DNA of 19,552 nt, from assembly GCA_046483305.1 (NCBI GenBank), contig JAWODM010000080.1, forward strand, positions 1 through 19,552, read 5' to 3'. Source of the DNA: Candidatus Krumholzibacteriales bacterium. GTDB taxonomy: Bacteria; Krumholzibacteriota; Krumholzibacteriia; Krumholzibacteriales; WJIX01. Made by a program: the position numbers and the translations under genes. The notes beneath the pieces were generated by a model. The model saw only the letters and a list, made by a program, of their open reading frames with translations. It was not told the origin of the DNA and made no database searches. Positions 18,397 to 19,552 of the stretch are shown here, one piece after another (positions within the stretch are counted from its first letter, which is position 1; each line of letters starts with the position of its first letter).

Positions 18397-18424
18397 TGGA
18401 CACATGAGAGCTTAACGCTATAAT
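18397..18424 (+). promoter_or_regulatory. Putative transposase promoter
   Basis: TGGACA (18397-18402), 16 nt, then TATAAT (18419-18424), upstream of SD AGGAGG (18455-18460) and ATG 18469. Confidence 0.6.
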
Positions 18425-18468
18425 AACCTTCTGTAACTAAAGCCTAATTTAGAAAGGAGGTTATTCTC

Positions 18469-19552
18469 ATGTGCCCATATACATATTACGAAGTTATGAG
18501 AAAAAGTAAAGACCCAATGCAGATACGTTATCAAATGGTGATTTGCGCTGACAAGCACGGGATCAGGAAGACTGCCCGGTATTTTAAGTGCTCCCGCAAT
18601 ACTGTACGTAAGTGGTACAGACGGTGGAAAAGAGACGGTTACAGGGCTATGGAGGGACTCAGCAGGCGTCCTCACCACTCTCCAGCGGCAATTTCTGCGG
18701 CTGACAGGAAGATGCTGGTGGATCTCAAGAAGAAGAAGTACAAGAGACTCGGTGCTGATGCAATAAGGGTTCTGGAAGGGATCAGCATAAGCGCCAGGAC
18801 CATCCGGAAGATATGGCGGGAAGAAGGGGTATCCTCACGGAAAAGAAGGAAGAAACACAAAACAAAACAGAACCTCAGAGAGGTAAAGAAGAAGTGGAGG
18901 CTCTTCAAGCAGATAGACGAGGATACCAAGTATCTCAACGATATCCCGGAGTACTATTTCAGCATGAAGAAAAACAGGCTGCCCACTGTTCAGTTCACAG
19001 CTCGTGATGTAACAAGCGGACTTCTCTACATGGGCTTTGCTCAGGAGAGAAGCCTTACCAACGCGGCCCTGTTCGCCAGCTATCTCAACAGAAAGCTTCA
19101 GCAGTACGGAGCGGATCTATCCCGTACTGTCAGGCAGACGGATAATGGCGCGGAATACATCGGTCATGTAACAGCAAAAGAAGCAAGTGCTTATACTCTC
19201 GCTGTCGAAAGCGTGGAGGGGCAGAAGCACTGCACCATCCCCCCTGGCGCTCACACCTTCCAGAGTGATGTTGAGACCGTTCACAACCTGGTCGAGGTGG
19301 AGTTCTTTGAAATCGAAGAGTTCAGAGACAGAGCCGAGTTCCTGGACAAGGCTTACAGCTACCAGCTCTTCTTTAATCTCGAAAGGCCCAACTCTTACAA
19401 GGAGTATAAAACCCCCTGGCAGCTGGCCAGGGAGAAACAGCCGGGGTTATCCAAAGAGATAGCTATGATACCTCCGGTCTTCATCGGTGATCTGATGAAT
19501 AAAGAACTTGAATATCTACCGCAGGGGGGTTACGATGTGTCTTCCGTTCCCT
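18469..19552 (+). CDS. IS481-family-like DDE transposase (HTH + integrase core), 361 codons open to the window end; not in the supplied ORF track
   Basis: Manual translation from ATG 18469: HTH (GIRKTARYFKCSRNTVRKWYRRW...LSRRPHHSP), then QIDEDTKYL, QFTARDVTSG, RQTDNGAEY, QSDVETVHNLVEVEF and FFNLERPNSYKEYKTPWQ. No stop codon before base 19552. Confidence 0.9.
   Translation, partial: MCPYTYYEVMRKSKDPMQIRYQMVICADKHGIRKTARYFKCSRNTVRKWYRRWKRDGYRAMEGLSRRPHHSPAAISAADRKMLVDLKKKKYKRLGADAIRVLEGISISARTIRKIWREEGVSSRKRRKKHKTKQNLREVKKKWRLFKQIDEDTKYLNDIPEYYFSMKKNRLPTVQFTARDVTSGLLYMGFAQERSLTNAALFASYLNRKLQQYGADLSRTVRQTDNGAEYIGHVTAKEASAYTLAVESVEGQKHCTIPPGAHTFQSDVETVHNLVEVEFFEIEEFRDRAEFLDKAYSYQLFFNLERPNSYKEYKTPWQLAREKQPGLSKEIAMIPPVFIGDLMNKELEYLPQGGYDVSSVP

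Larger units (their letters stand above)
18386..19552 (+). mobile_element. Insertion sequence, IS481-like (right end at or just beyond the window edge)
   Basis: Single DDE transposase ORF. Candidate imperfect terminal inverted repeats: AGGTAAAGTAATGGACACAT (18386-18405) vs reverse complement of the window end AGGGAACGGAAGACACAT. Boundaries are approximate. Confidence 0.7.

Noticed and set aside
1..19552. CRISPR array, tRNA/rRNA genes, group II intron
   Set aside because: I saw no regularly spaced short repeats, cloverleaf or intron domain V. The only rRNA-related match is the 12-nt SD complement at 4043.

Overview
A bacterial window of about 19.5 kb, gene-dense, in which every complete protein gene appears to encode an exported product. 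The + strand carries a tandem array of lamin-tail/DUF4876-like lipoproteins (one partial, two complete), a probable outer-membrane beta-barrel (DUF6850-like), a YCF48/BNR beta-propeller with a C-terminal NYPNPFNP sorting domain, a tricorn-like S41 protease, a TPR protein and a 1477-aa multidomain S8 subtilase. A convergent M16 (pitrilysin-like) peptidase lies on the - strand. The right end holds an IS481-like DDE transposase that the ORF track missed because it runs off the window. Strong Shine-Dalgarno sites together with T9SS/FlgD-type C-terminal domains suggest a non-Bacteroidota FCB-group lineage such as Krumholzibacteriota or Latescibacterota (inference). The most striking structure is a 241-bp near-identical direct repeat (66-306 and 1237-1477). 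It spans a gene's 3' end, the intergenic RBS and the next gene's lipoprotein signal peptide, and stops just after the lipidated Cys, giving a cassette-like lipoprotein array. The first 65 bp are unrelated and look like a fragment of a GH94/NdvB-like gene on the - strand, probably a chimeric contig end. The IS has a promoter and anti-SD hairpin arranged to block translation from read-through transcripts. Family names come from motif recognition, not database searches.
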